Below, piece by piece: positions 14,056 through 25,600 of a stretch of DNA of 64,000 nucleotides. The stretch is from contig CM038998.1 in NCBI GenBank assembly GCA_017499595.2, forward strand, positions 4,092,001-4,156,000, in the 5' to 3' direction. Within the stretch, counting starts at the first letter, position 1. Every line of letters starts with the position of its first letter. A program made the translations under genes and the position numbers. This stretch comes from Psilocybe cubensis (Eukaryota). The notes beneath the pieces were generated by a model that did not search any database, was not told the DNA's origin, and was given only the letters and a program-made list of their open reading frames with translations.

Positions 14056-15997
14056 TCAGATAGCCGTCCCTGACATGGAACTGACACCCTTTAGCACGTC
14101 GACACTCGCGTCACGGAGTGCTTCTCCCGCTCTAATGAACGGGGCACTGAATGACAGCTTGCGCTTCTGTTGTCCTTGTGCATGTCCCCGTACAGGGCTG
14201 GTACTGGACCTGGAAGGAGCAGTCGGCGGTGAAGATAACGACTGAGAATGCGAATGCAAGTGGAAAAAGGAATGATGACTGGAAGCGGATGGTTCGTGTT
14301 CCTGCGTCTTAGCTCCAGGAATGGGTATAGGAGAAGAACCAGAAGGGATTGGAGCTGTTTGGAGACGAAGCGGGACTAAAGGTTTCAGACGTTGTGGTTC
14401 CTGCGAAACGGCCGCAGAGGATTCGGGTGTCGAAATAGGCGTAGATTGTTCCTGTTCTTTAGCTGCTACTCTCTGCGCCGCAGCATTAGGGGATGGGCGA
14501 GGGCCTTTAGGGAGTGCTACGCCCGACGCAGCTCTTTCGCTCGTAGTAGAGGCCGACGGGATCTGCAGACCGCGTAATGAAAGGCCTTTCATTGGTTTGA
14601 CATCTACTTCGTCCTCTGCTCGGGACGTAGCAGCCAGACCCAGAGGCGACGGTGACCGCGGTAATGAAGTAGCAGATGTCCCAGGCGAACCTGAAGGTTT
14701 CCTCGTGAAAGATGCTTTCAGGAGGCTCTCCTGAGACGAACCCATCTTGGAAGCCACGCTTTCCTTAGAAGATGAAGCAGAAACCGTAATGCCTGCAGGC
14801 CCTGGCAAACCGGAGCTCGAGATCCTCGGACTAGGTGAGGGCGAAAGCCTGGGTGATGGGGTACCGCTGGGAGACCTTCTGGGAGACGGGAGAGGGAAGA
14901 GTTGTGCCTCATCCTCTTCTTCAATAGGTGAGGAGCGTAATCTGTGACGCGGGTCGAGGATGTCTCCGGGAGAAAGTTCGTCCACAGCTGAATTAGAGGA
15001 TAATGAAGAGCTGGAATCGCGTTCTCTGCCCAATCCACGAGGGTATCGTGGCCCGGAGTAAGGAGATCCTGGTGATAAAGAGGCAAAGCCTGCACCGGGG
15101 GGTGGCGGAGCGACCGAGCCGTAGAATGGCTGTAAATTTTCCCTGCTTGCATCGATGGACTTCCTGCGCTTGTCGACTTCATCGACCGTTAGCGAAAAGG
15201 CAGGTTTCGCACCATGTCGGGAAGACTCCGCAACATCGTCCAAACAAGAGGAAAGGACGCTGAATTCCTTTGAGTAGCTAGCGCTCTTGGTGTGCGTAGG
15301 CAGTTTGAACAATGAATTGATGTCGGTATTGTCGAGACTCGCGCTTCGCCTACGCTTGGCGCCTCGGGAAAACTTTTCTTGCCAGTTTTCGCCTTCTCTG
15401 AGAGATTCCTCCATAACATGTTCGCAGGCCTCGCAGCATGGACGTAAGGGAACCGTTGTTGCATCCTGGGGTCGATGGTAGATGGGTAACGACGGACGAC
15501 GGACAGGAGATAACGGCATTAGAGTCGGCGAAGAGGATGGCGCCCTATGAACGAGGCATGGAGGTGGTCTTTTGGTGATAATTGGGGAAAGCGAAGTTGA
15601 TCTGCTCCTCGACGGTGATCGTGAGGATCTTCGTCTGAACCTACACATGTAGTTTAGCGCTGTAATTCAATAGAAAATTTTTCACAACGAACAGAGGTAT
15701 TGGGACTTTGATAACAACTCTCGATTCCTCTGCACTTTGGTTCTGCGCCAGTGAGCCACCAGACGCATCCTCCCCGTCAGACTCCGTTTGCTGGCCCTTC
15801 CTCTTCCACAAGGGTAGTGAATAGGATTTGGTCACCATCAACGACGGTCTCTTTTGCAGAGCCTCTGGTATCAAGACACACTCGTTGTCAAACCGAACAA
15901 CTCGACTGGCCCCATCAGCCTCAGACGCTGAGTTTCCTGGCAATATGAAATGGCCGGTCATCGTCGAACTCGCCTGAACTATGGTTGCCGTCTGCAT
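14056..15997 (-). CDS. Ser/Pro-rich hypothetical protein (two exons)
   Basis: 118-aa ORF (RVVRFDNECVLIP, VTKSYSLPLW) joined by a short intron near 15645-15695 to a 530-aa ORF (LRPCCEAC...WQEKFSRGAKRRRS). No family recognised. Confidence 0.7.
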
Positions 15998-18048
15998 AGT
16001 GTGAGGTGGTGGTGGTGGTTGGAGTAAGAGGCCAGAACAACCTCAATCCCACCCGAGATGAAAATAGGAAGGAGTGGTGCGATAGTTAGTCGCTTGTGCG
16101 TTTCTTCTTCTGGGCCCAATTTCGGACACACGGTACCCCCACATGTCACCCCTGATCTCGGCTAATATGTCGACTTCTTGCTGTCGTCCTTTCACAGTCC
16201 GCAGCGAAAATGATTTGCGGTAAAGACACCTTAGTCTTGCTTCAGCATAGGTTTGAAAATATGCTGAAAGCTATGCGTAGCGTCGACAGTAATATTTTTC
16301 AACCAAGTTCAAGCTTTGAAACCCCAAGAAACTCAACCGTAATCGGTTACATACAGGTTGCCACACGTAACTTGATTTAAAGTAAACTAAACACATGATG
16401 AACTAAATAGAACTTTAGAAGCGATTATTCTTGGAGCCTTTGCAGTTCCAATTATCTGGACACTGGGGATGGAGTCCTCGTTTCCCTAACCCTGTGGTGT
16501 ACGTTGTACACTGGTGGGGTAAACCGTGGACCAAATCCTATATTACAGCCATTGGTCATTGGTTGGAGATATTATGGAGAGTGCGGAGAGAATGGAAATG
16601 GTTCCCGCAATTAAGGTCATACAAACAATACACGCAGGTCTCGGATCCTCAAAAGGGAAAGTAAAATACAGCAGCGGGGGTGACCACCCGGATATGATCC
16701 CGAACGGGGACATAACCCACCGGAGCCGAGGTTGGACAAAAAGCGGAAGCTTTTTGGTACAGTAGTACTGGACCCTCCTGGGCAGAAGGAAGATGAGCTC
16801 AGCCAAAGTCCTCTTCGATGATACAGAGATATTTGAATCCACGGGCACTGAACAAATTTAAGTCCCAAGCCAGTCAGGAAAAGTATATGTTGACAGTGTC
16901 CAATCGACTTGTGTGAAACAGTGGAACGAAGCCTCGTACGAGATACTCGTGCTGACCGGCGATCTTTTCATTGCAAAGATAGGGGCAGAACAGATGCACT
17001 TTCACGTTATCCTCGTCCAACATGTTCTCGGGGCGTGCATCAAGGACCAGGGTTTAAACGTTGAAGCTTCGAGATATAAACTCACCAGTCAATTTTGTAC
17101 TGACTGCTGACAGGCGTCAGGCTTGCTTGCTGCAAAAGAGTGAACGTGCAAAAGCCGCTTGTTGTGTCTGTCTTATTAGCGATAAGAAGACGTGAAGACC
17201 CGAGTCCCTGCGCCTGCCGTTTGTCACCTGAGTTCTGTGAAGGCGTTAATGTTATGAAAAAATTGCCAATCATTCATAAAAAGCATTCAAATAACAGACA
17301 AAATCCAATCCTTTTTCGATTCGTCTGGAACAAATATAAATTTCCTTCACTTCATTCCCAGTGAATCGTTCAGAGAACGTACCTTGGCTGAATGTGAGTG
17401 TTTTCTTGAATTTGAATAGAGGAGGGCTCGCATTATAATCAGCAGGTAGATTAAGAAATCATGAGTGCCGCTGGCAGGAAGCGAGTCGGCAGTCAAAATG
17501 AATTAAAACCTCCCCTAAATGAGGCACGTGTGGAAGTGAACTACTGTGAGAACCTTCAAAAGTGATGGCCGTAAACCGGCTGGAAACTTCAAGCTTTGTT
17601 CTTTCTTACAACGCAAGGCAATAGCCCAATACAACATTACCTGAGTACTTCCTACTATTAAAAAAATTTTCAACATTTTTAGTGGCCAAGCATAAAACCG
17701 AGCTGGTAGATGAAGTTCATATTCATGCAATTGTCGTGTACTTCAAGTTGAAATATATTATCATCCAAAGTACGGGACCCCTTACAGCTTAAATACTCGA
17801 CCTTCATCTTGCTCATACATATATTTTCTGAAGTATTCAAGTCCAAATTTCAATGTTTCGTCAATCTATACTCTAAGGGTTTCGCAGTGAATTCGAATGT
17901 CATCTTTATGCGTAATCTTGCTTTGAAAATGGATAGGACCGCTTGCGAGTCGGGAATCGGCATTGGTATAACCGGATTTCCAATTTCCCCACAAAACCCT
18001 TTATAATACCAGCACGTCAGGTTCTCTTCCTCCATCTCAATCTTCACC

Positions 18049-19302
18049 ATGTCGAACCGTCTTGCACAAGTTTCTGGACACATTACCAACTCAAATGGGC
18101 GCGGGCTGCTCGCTGGAGAGGTTGCTATCATCACGGGTATGTCACCAGCACAACAATTTCCGAGCATATCTAACAGCGTGCCTATTAGGTGCTGGACAGG
18201 TAACTTGCTTCGTATCATCCAAAGCGCCCCTGACCGGTGTATCTGCTAGGGAATTGGACGCTCAACAGCAATCCTTTTCGCAAAAGAAGGAGCAAAGGTC
18301 GTCATCAGCGAGTATGTGCCATGTCTACCACTTTCTGTGATGAAGTTACTTAACATTGGATTAGTATCGACGCCAAACGCCTGGAGTCAGTAGAGGGTGA
18401 AATCAAAGCTGCAGGTGGAGAGGTCCTCTCCGTCGCCGGAGACGTTGGCGCAGACGACTTCCCAAAAAAGATCGTGGATGCAACCGTTCAGTGAGTTCGG
18501 CCATATCGTTCGCCCGAGGTGAGGTCTGCTGACACCAATCCGCACAGGAAATGGGGGAAAATCAACCATATCATCAACAACGCCGGATTCACGTTCGACA
18601 AGATGTTGCACACGACCCCGGACGAGACGTTCGACATCATCATGAAGATTCACGTCCGCGCGCCGTTCCGACTTATCCGCCAAGCCGCGCCCTACTTCCG
18701 TCTCAAGGTATATTCAATCTGGTTGTCGCGTGTGCAATTGTATTCTGATAATACCCGACGACTAGCCCGAGGCGCGTGAGAACAGGTCTATCATTAACGT
18801 ATCCTCGACGTCAGGTCTGCACGGGAACGTCGGCCAGGCAAATTATGCCGCTGCCAAAGCTGCGGTCATCGGTCTAACGAAGACCATTGCGAAAGAATGG
18901 GGCCCCTTCGGTGTGCGCGCCAACACCATCGCCTTTGGGCTGATTCACACTCGGTTGGTGCTTCCGTGTTTCGCCCCGGTTCCATGCTGATAGACCGCGT
19001 TCTAGGTTGACTGCACCCAAAGAGGCTGGAGTTACAATTGAGATTGATGGAAAGAAGGTTGCACTGGGCGTCCCAGGCGCGCGCCCACCGGTTTCGGCTG
19101 CTGCTCCATCAGAGGAGGCATTCCCTCAGATACCCCTTAGGCGCGGCGGAACTCCAGAAGACGCTGCTGGATCAATGCTTTTGTAGGTTCATGTTTTCAA
19201 TCAATGATGCCATTTTTCTGACGCTTTCATAGCCTCGCGTCTCCTTTGGCTTCTTACGTCTCAGGGCACACTTTGGAAGTTACTGGCGGTGTTGGAATCT
19301 AA
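18049..19302 (+). CDS. Short-chain dehydrogenase/reductase, FabG/3-oxoacyl-reductase-like
   Basis: Spliced TGAGQGIG (11-nt exon 18189-18199), NNAGFTFD, NVSSTSG, YAAAK, SYVSGHTLEVTGG. Stop TAA 19300-19302. Confidence 0.9.
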
Positions 19303-19663
19303 GTTTCTGTTAACTATGCTTCAGTTTGTAAATATTCATTGCTATGCCTATACCATGTAACAGCTGTATGTGTAGTCAAATACAAGGTGTCTGTCACCCT
19401 GAATAAAAATCCGAGTAAATATGCGAAATTTAGATAGATAAACTTGCAAAACCTTCAAACATGCAAATCAGAAAGTACGACGGTGTTTTCGAGTTCGCGC
19501 GTTGTACCGTACTTGGATATTTATAGATTCGGCTATCACTTCGGCTTTGAAATTTGAATATCGGACCGTGAAACCAATAATATATATTGGCGTCATGGTT
19601 CTTGGCGTTCCTTCTCAAACCGCAAACCAACCACATTCTATACCCTGGCACATCGTCGCTACT

Positions 19664-22600
19664 ATGGACAAAGAAGCTGGCACAGAACATGTGCCACAGA
19701 AAGTATCCACAGAGCCTGAAGGATTGGACAAACTCTTTCCATGGCTGAAACCTGCATTGCGGTCGAGACGGACGATTAAGACATGGATTCGATGTTGTAT
19801 TGCATTGGCGACGACGATGATGCTTATGGTGGCCACGAAGCCTGCGCATACGATGGGCCAAGCTGCATTCTTCTGCGTGTGAGGACAATTGTACACAGAA
19901 ACGCGCCCGTCTACTGAAGTTATTGTCTCAAGAATCGTGGCCGTGATGTTACCTCCAACGTTTGCTCTATCGGTATTTTTGATGGCTGCGACAACGTTGC
20001 TAGTTGGTATGTCTCTCTAGACATGAAAATGCATGCTTGAAATTATAACGAATAGGTATGCTTCTGGGATGGGCATGGGGTAGTGCTGCCATGGCTTCAG
20101 CCCTGTCTGTTCGCAGCGCGTCTTTGTTTGCCCAGCAGTCACAGACATTGAAGTCTTTGTGAGTTTAACAAACGTATTCTTCGCCTTTGGCACTGATATT
20201 TGCATAGACTGGATCCCACAAGTCCCATCCCAATTGCGAGACAGATTCAAATCCACACTTTCCATGGCATTTTTCTTGACCCACGGTTAGTGAATCCGTC
20301 GTTTCGTTTTACGGGTTAATTAACTGTAGTGTGTGCCAGCTCATCGGCGGTTTACGGCGCCTTTCTATTTATTGGTACATTTGCAATGGGAGCGTTGAGA
20401 GCGTATCTTCCGAGCTTGACGCTGCTGAGCGTCTTTGGGTCGATCGTAATGGATGTGGTAAGTTGATCTGTCAAAAAGATGCAGTTGAAACGCCTTAGAT
20501 GACCGTTTTACAGGCGTGTACTACAGGGCCGCGTGAGTTTTTAAATAAGATCACTATTGCAGCTCTAACTCCCAGTGCAGTGCTACCAACTGCACAATAT
20601 ACCATCCCTGAACAGCTTATCATCCCTACAACCTTCTATGTTGCGGTCGCGATTGGGACTGTTATCCTTATCTTCCCAGAGAGCTTGAGCCACGTTTGGC
20701 TGTGAGTGTGTTTAGCTTTGGCCAGAAACCTAAACTGATAAGATTATCCAGTACGCTGTTATTGGAATCGTTCTGGACCAAGACTCTGGATCTGCTGCGG
20801 TTACAGTCCGAGACACTTGCCCTCCGTCCATCAGACCATGAGGCTTGGACCAAACTGAATGCTCGCGGCACACAATTACGCACCAGTCTGGTTGCTGCGA
20901 CAGATGCAGTTTCCGACCAACTCAAGTTAATCGACTTGGACACATCGATTGGCCGTTTAGGTCCAGCAGACCTTAAGAAAATCAATTTGGAACTGAAGTC
21001 GATTATGTTTCGTGCTAGGTGAGATATTAAGAGTGCGACGCCCAAGATATTAAGTGGTTCTCACGTATGGAAAGCGAGACTGTCAAGCCTCGAAAGCCGT
21101 TGCCAAACATTCTCGGGTTGTCAAGCCGTGCACACTTGGCAAACTCTCGGCAAGCAAAGACTCCGTGCACCTAGTGCCGTCAAAAAAATAGCTAGAATTT
21201 AATAAGAGCAGGTCATCTACAGTAGTATACAATATATACACAATTTCTCCGCTACGTGGTGCACATATAAAGAACATCCATGCAAAAAAGCAGGGATGTG
21301 GTGCTCCCGCGCAGCTTGTGCGCCGTTTTAACCCCTGTCGGAGTTTGATAGGAGTCAAAATATGAATGGCGCGAGCGGTCCGCTAGTGGCGCCCGTGGGA
21401 CTTGGTGTAAAATAGCTGCTTTTGATTGCACGCAACGTGAATAACCTTTCAAGAGGCCTACTCTCTTTCATAGAAAGACTTTATAGTACTGTATTGTGCT
21501 GATATAAACATAATAGACCGTATAGTGTAGTTTGTACCAAGTAATTATGACTTGAATTGAGAGTATCATATATAGTAACTTTTTTTATATCAGTACATCC
21601 TCGCCCTCGTCTTCCTCGTTTTCATCATCTGTAAACTGAACCTCATCAATTTCTAGCTCTCCATCATTCTCGTCCATTGCATCAAGTATCCTATAATGCT
21701 CGTTATCTAGCAAACAATCAGATATAAAGAAAAGATATTTTGGTAAAGCATACCTAGCCCATGACCATTATTAACCCCACCCATGTAATAGGTTCCATCA
21801 CTTTTGGAATTGTCTATCCCACCAAACAGATCTCTTCCTTGAGGCTTGAAAGAATTCTCATTGTCTTCATTGTCTTGTAGCTCCATTGCCTCGATATAAA
21901 CTTGACATTCTTCAATAAAGTCCACAGCATTGTCAAGATTTTCAAAGCGGTAGAGAAGTTCAGAATACACCTCCCATATATTCTCCGAAGTAAGTACTGG
22001 ACTTTCCATACTTTGGTAAAGTATATCAGCATAGTGCTTGAACTCTGGTGGGACTAGTTGAAAGACTGGGTCCTCTGGAGGTGCAAATATTTGTCTGACT
22101 TCATCAATAGCTTCCTGGCTAACCTGAATCTACAGCATTTGTTAATACTGGTTATAGAAAAATTTACAAACAAATACCTTGAAGTCCAAACATCCATATC
22201 TTTCAGGAAACAGATGTATATGTTGAGGAATGCCATGTGGAAGTATTTTATTTCGGTCAGATCGTTTTTGGGTATTGTTGACCATATCTGTCCATGCATC
22301 AAGCTCAACTTGAAGAAAAGGAATAAACAGATATCTAAACACAAGGCTTTTGAGAAGGTATAAGTAAGATATGGAAATTAAGATTTTAACCAGCTTACAG
22401 ATCAAGAGGACGTCCTATGTCATATAAACCATTGTTAACTCCATAATCCAATAAATCTTCAAATCCTGGAGTAAAGCGACTGCGAAGTTGAGACCAGGAT
22501 ATTTCAGGTTTTATGTTCTTTTTCTTGCGCATCCAGCGATGTTGAATTGTACCAATTAGCCTAGGGTCGTGCATATGTCGCAGAGTGGTTTGGGCATTTG

Positions 22601-25600
22601 CAATCCCATAGTTTTCAGATCCAGGATCGCTTTGAGTAATAAGGGGAATGCCTGCAAAATATAACAATTAGAATTAATTATCAAACAGTTTGGAACAAAG
22701 CTTACACTTGTTCTTCTCAACAACATTCAAATAATAAGAAGCAATTAACTTTGGATTGCTATTTGTCCACCAAATCTTGTACCAATGAATATATCCGTCA
22801 AATGGATCACCTCCATTGTGCAAGGCAAGCCCAAACCGTTTCCACTTATCATGCTGATCAACAGCAATTATATCATTGACTCCAGCTGCCCAAAATCGCC
22901 TACGACGCAGACGACGTGCTTTGCGTTCTCGAATAAGCTCTGGCTCATATACTCGGAAGTAGACAACAATTAAATCGCTATTTTGATTGTCATTAAAAGC
23001 AATATATAGGTATAATGAGCATTTACCGTGGTACAAGCATTCCATAATGATGAAATAAAAGGGACCCCATATCACGAGCACCAGCCTTTGGAAAGCGTTT
23101 TCTAAGTGCAACCATGCTTTCTTTGATGCTTTCCACCGTATGACCTTGTTGTCTTGCAGAGAGCAAACCTAATCTTCGACGTATGGCCTTGTATGAAGTT
23201 AGACTAAAATAGTTAGCATATATATTATGTGTAGTTTAAGGTGAATACATACCCAATGCCATAGATAGCTCTGTCAATGTGCTCTTCTTGAAGTAATTTT
23301 ACTACTTCAGTGTCGGGCTTGCGCATTTTCCAATACAGAAAAATGTGAGGTGCAATGTCCTCAATAGGCGCTAGTTACAGGCATGTCAATATTGTTCACC
23401 CTTATAACTTAAACATTTACTCACGAAGTGGCTTAAACTGGTTTTTTTGCGGCATGTTGCACAATTTTCTGTCTTAAAAGCATTGTCTTTTATAGGATTT
23501 CAATGAATAACTAAAGACTCTACTCAAATATTACAGATTGTATTGAAAGAATCAAACAATGTACGACCACCTACTATTGTCCATTTAATTTCAAATGAAG
23601 TATTTCAAATTCCATAAAAATCACAACATTATTGCGAGAGGATGATGCTTATATTTGCTATTATAGCCAATAAAGCTCTAATTCAGATTCTAGCGCTCGT
23701 CATCTCATAGAATATGGTAAATTTACCAAGACTTAATTTGTTCTCGACCTATAAACCATGTCTAGAATCAATAACTAGACCTTTAATATTTCATATGTTT
23801 GAAATAAATAGTAGGAATAAGGGAAATTGTTGCGTCAGATTGCAGAATAATGGCATGCAAATGATAGATTGCAGAACAATAGCATGTAAATGATAGAGAA
23901 TTACGTGAAAATAGTTAATATTGTCAAGATATTTTCCTAGAATGGTGTAATCTGAAGTTAGTTTAAATATATCTAGTGCATTCATTGCGAAGTTTGTCCA
24001 TTTTCATTCCCCATATCAACCAATTCTATGTCTTCTGGTAATCTTCACATTAGCACCCAGTTTACTGAGGATGTTATTGCAAGAACACCATCTAAATGCG
24101 AGCGTCCTAGCTGTCAGGCCATTATTCAAGTTGGAGACCAGCGCATCTATTTGGCCTCTCAGAATCCAAATGTTTCTGGCAAATATGTGTGTAAAGCTTG
24201 CTTTGACCACTATGCTAGAAAAAGTGTCACTTTGGCCCGTGTAGTGCATGAGGATTCCGGTAAGTCTGACTTTAACTTTGATGCTATGTTTTGGGCGCTT
24301 ATTTATATACTAGCATCATCAACCTCAATTCAAACGAAACAGAGAGAGGAAAGCAATGCTGTTGCATCTGGTATATGTCCTTTTATATAATTCTAAGATT
24401 ATCACTTATTATATCCACTTATTAGCCAAACTCACTCCCGTTTCTGCAAGACTTATTAACATATCAGATGTTCAACAAATGATTAATGAAGGGCAGCGTA
24501 AAGGTATGCTTTGATATTCTCATATTATTATTTATACTAATAAATTTAGGAGCAAATACACCTCAAGGCCGTGTTACTTCTATGCCGCCTTCTTCTTCTT
24601 CCGTTGTTGGAGGGCCAAATATCCACAATCCATCTTATTTCCAAAACTTTTTTAGTCACCATTCTACACCATCTATTTCGGCTTCAGGATACTCTGCTTC
24701 TCATGCATTATATGCTCAAGAGCACAAGCGTTGGTCAACTGCAGCTTATAAAGGATCTCTTGCTCCTGGACAAATTCCTGTAAATGCACAAACAAAGGCA
24801 ATGGTTCCCATTGTTGCTGGTGTTGGGTATGAGCTTCTTTTAGGGAAGACTGAACAAACGGTCAGATTTATCACTTTATTAAATGTTCATTTAGTAATTT
24901 TACTTTCTAATATTACATTAGGGAATTAAGGAAGGTATCTCTGTGGACTATGGTCTAACTCCGCAAGAACTTGCACAAGCAATTCGGTCCTGTGTAATCA
25001 AACCTCTGACCAAGCTTTTTCCTGGGTTTCCGTGGGACTTTTCCAAGTCCCGTGTCCGAGAAACAGCAATTTGGCAAGATATTCTGGCAAATAGGGATCT
25101 AACTGAGCCTTATTTCCAGGGTCGATTTCTCAAAGCAAAATCGGGAAAATCTGCTGCTGGTACCTACACATTTTCTCCCCCAAACAAACCGGTTTCCTTC
25201 ATAGTCATTATTGACCGAAATCAATGGATTGAGGCAGAAAGAATGACACAAGATTCTGATGCTGCATATGTCCCTGTATGTTTACAATTCTTTTAAATTG
25301 CTATTAAACCCACTGATTAAGAGTTTTTGCAGGAACCTAAAAGGCTTATTGAATCCGTTGCTTCTGACTCTTCTGAGAAGCATACACATCAACATGATCA
25401 TGCGTTTCCACTTACCCGGAAACGTAAAGAACTTGCTAGTCCCTATTCAACTACAGACAATTCTGATATTCGAAAGCGCAGAGAACCTGCTAATTCCCAT
25501 CAGACTATAGATACCTCTGATGCATTTTCTACTCTATCATATGTTGAAGACGAGTATTCTTTTGATAAAAAGGTTAGCAATATTTTTGGGCAGTAATATT

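Noticed and set aside
16430-17300. Cluster of short ORFs on both strands
   Set aside because: No coherent spliced protein or recognisable domain could be built.
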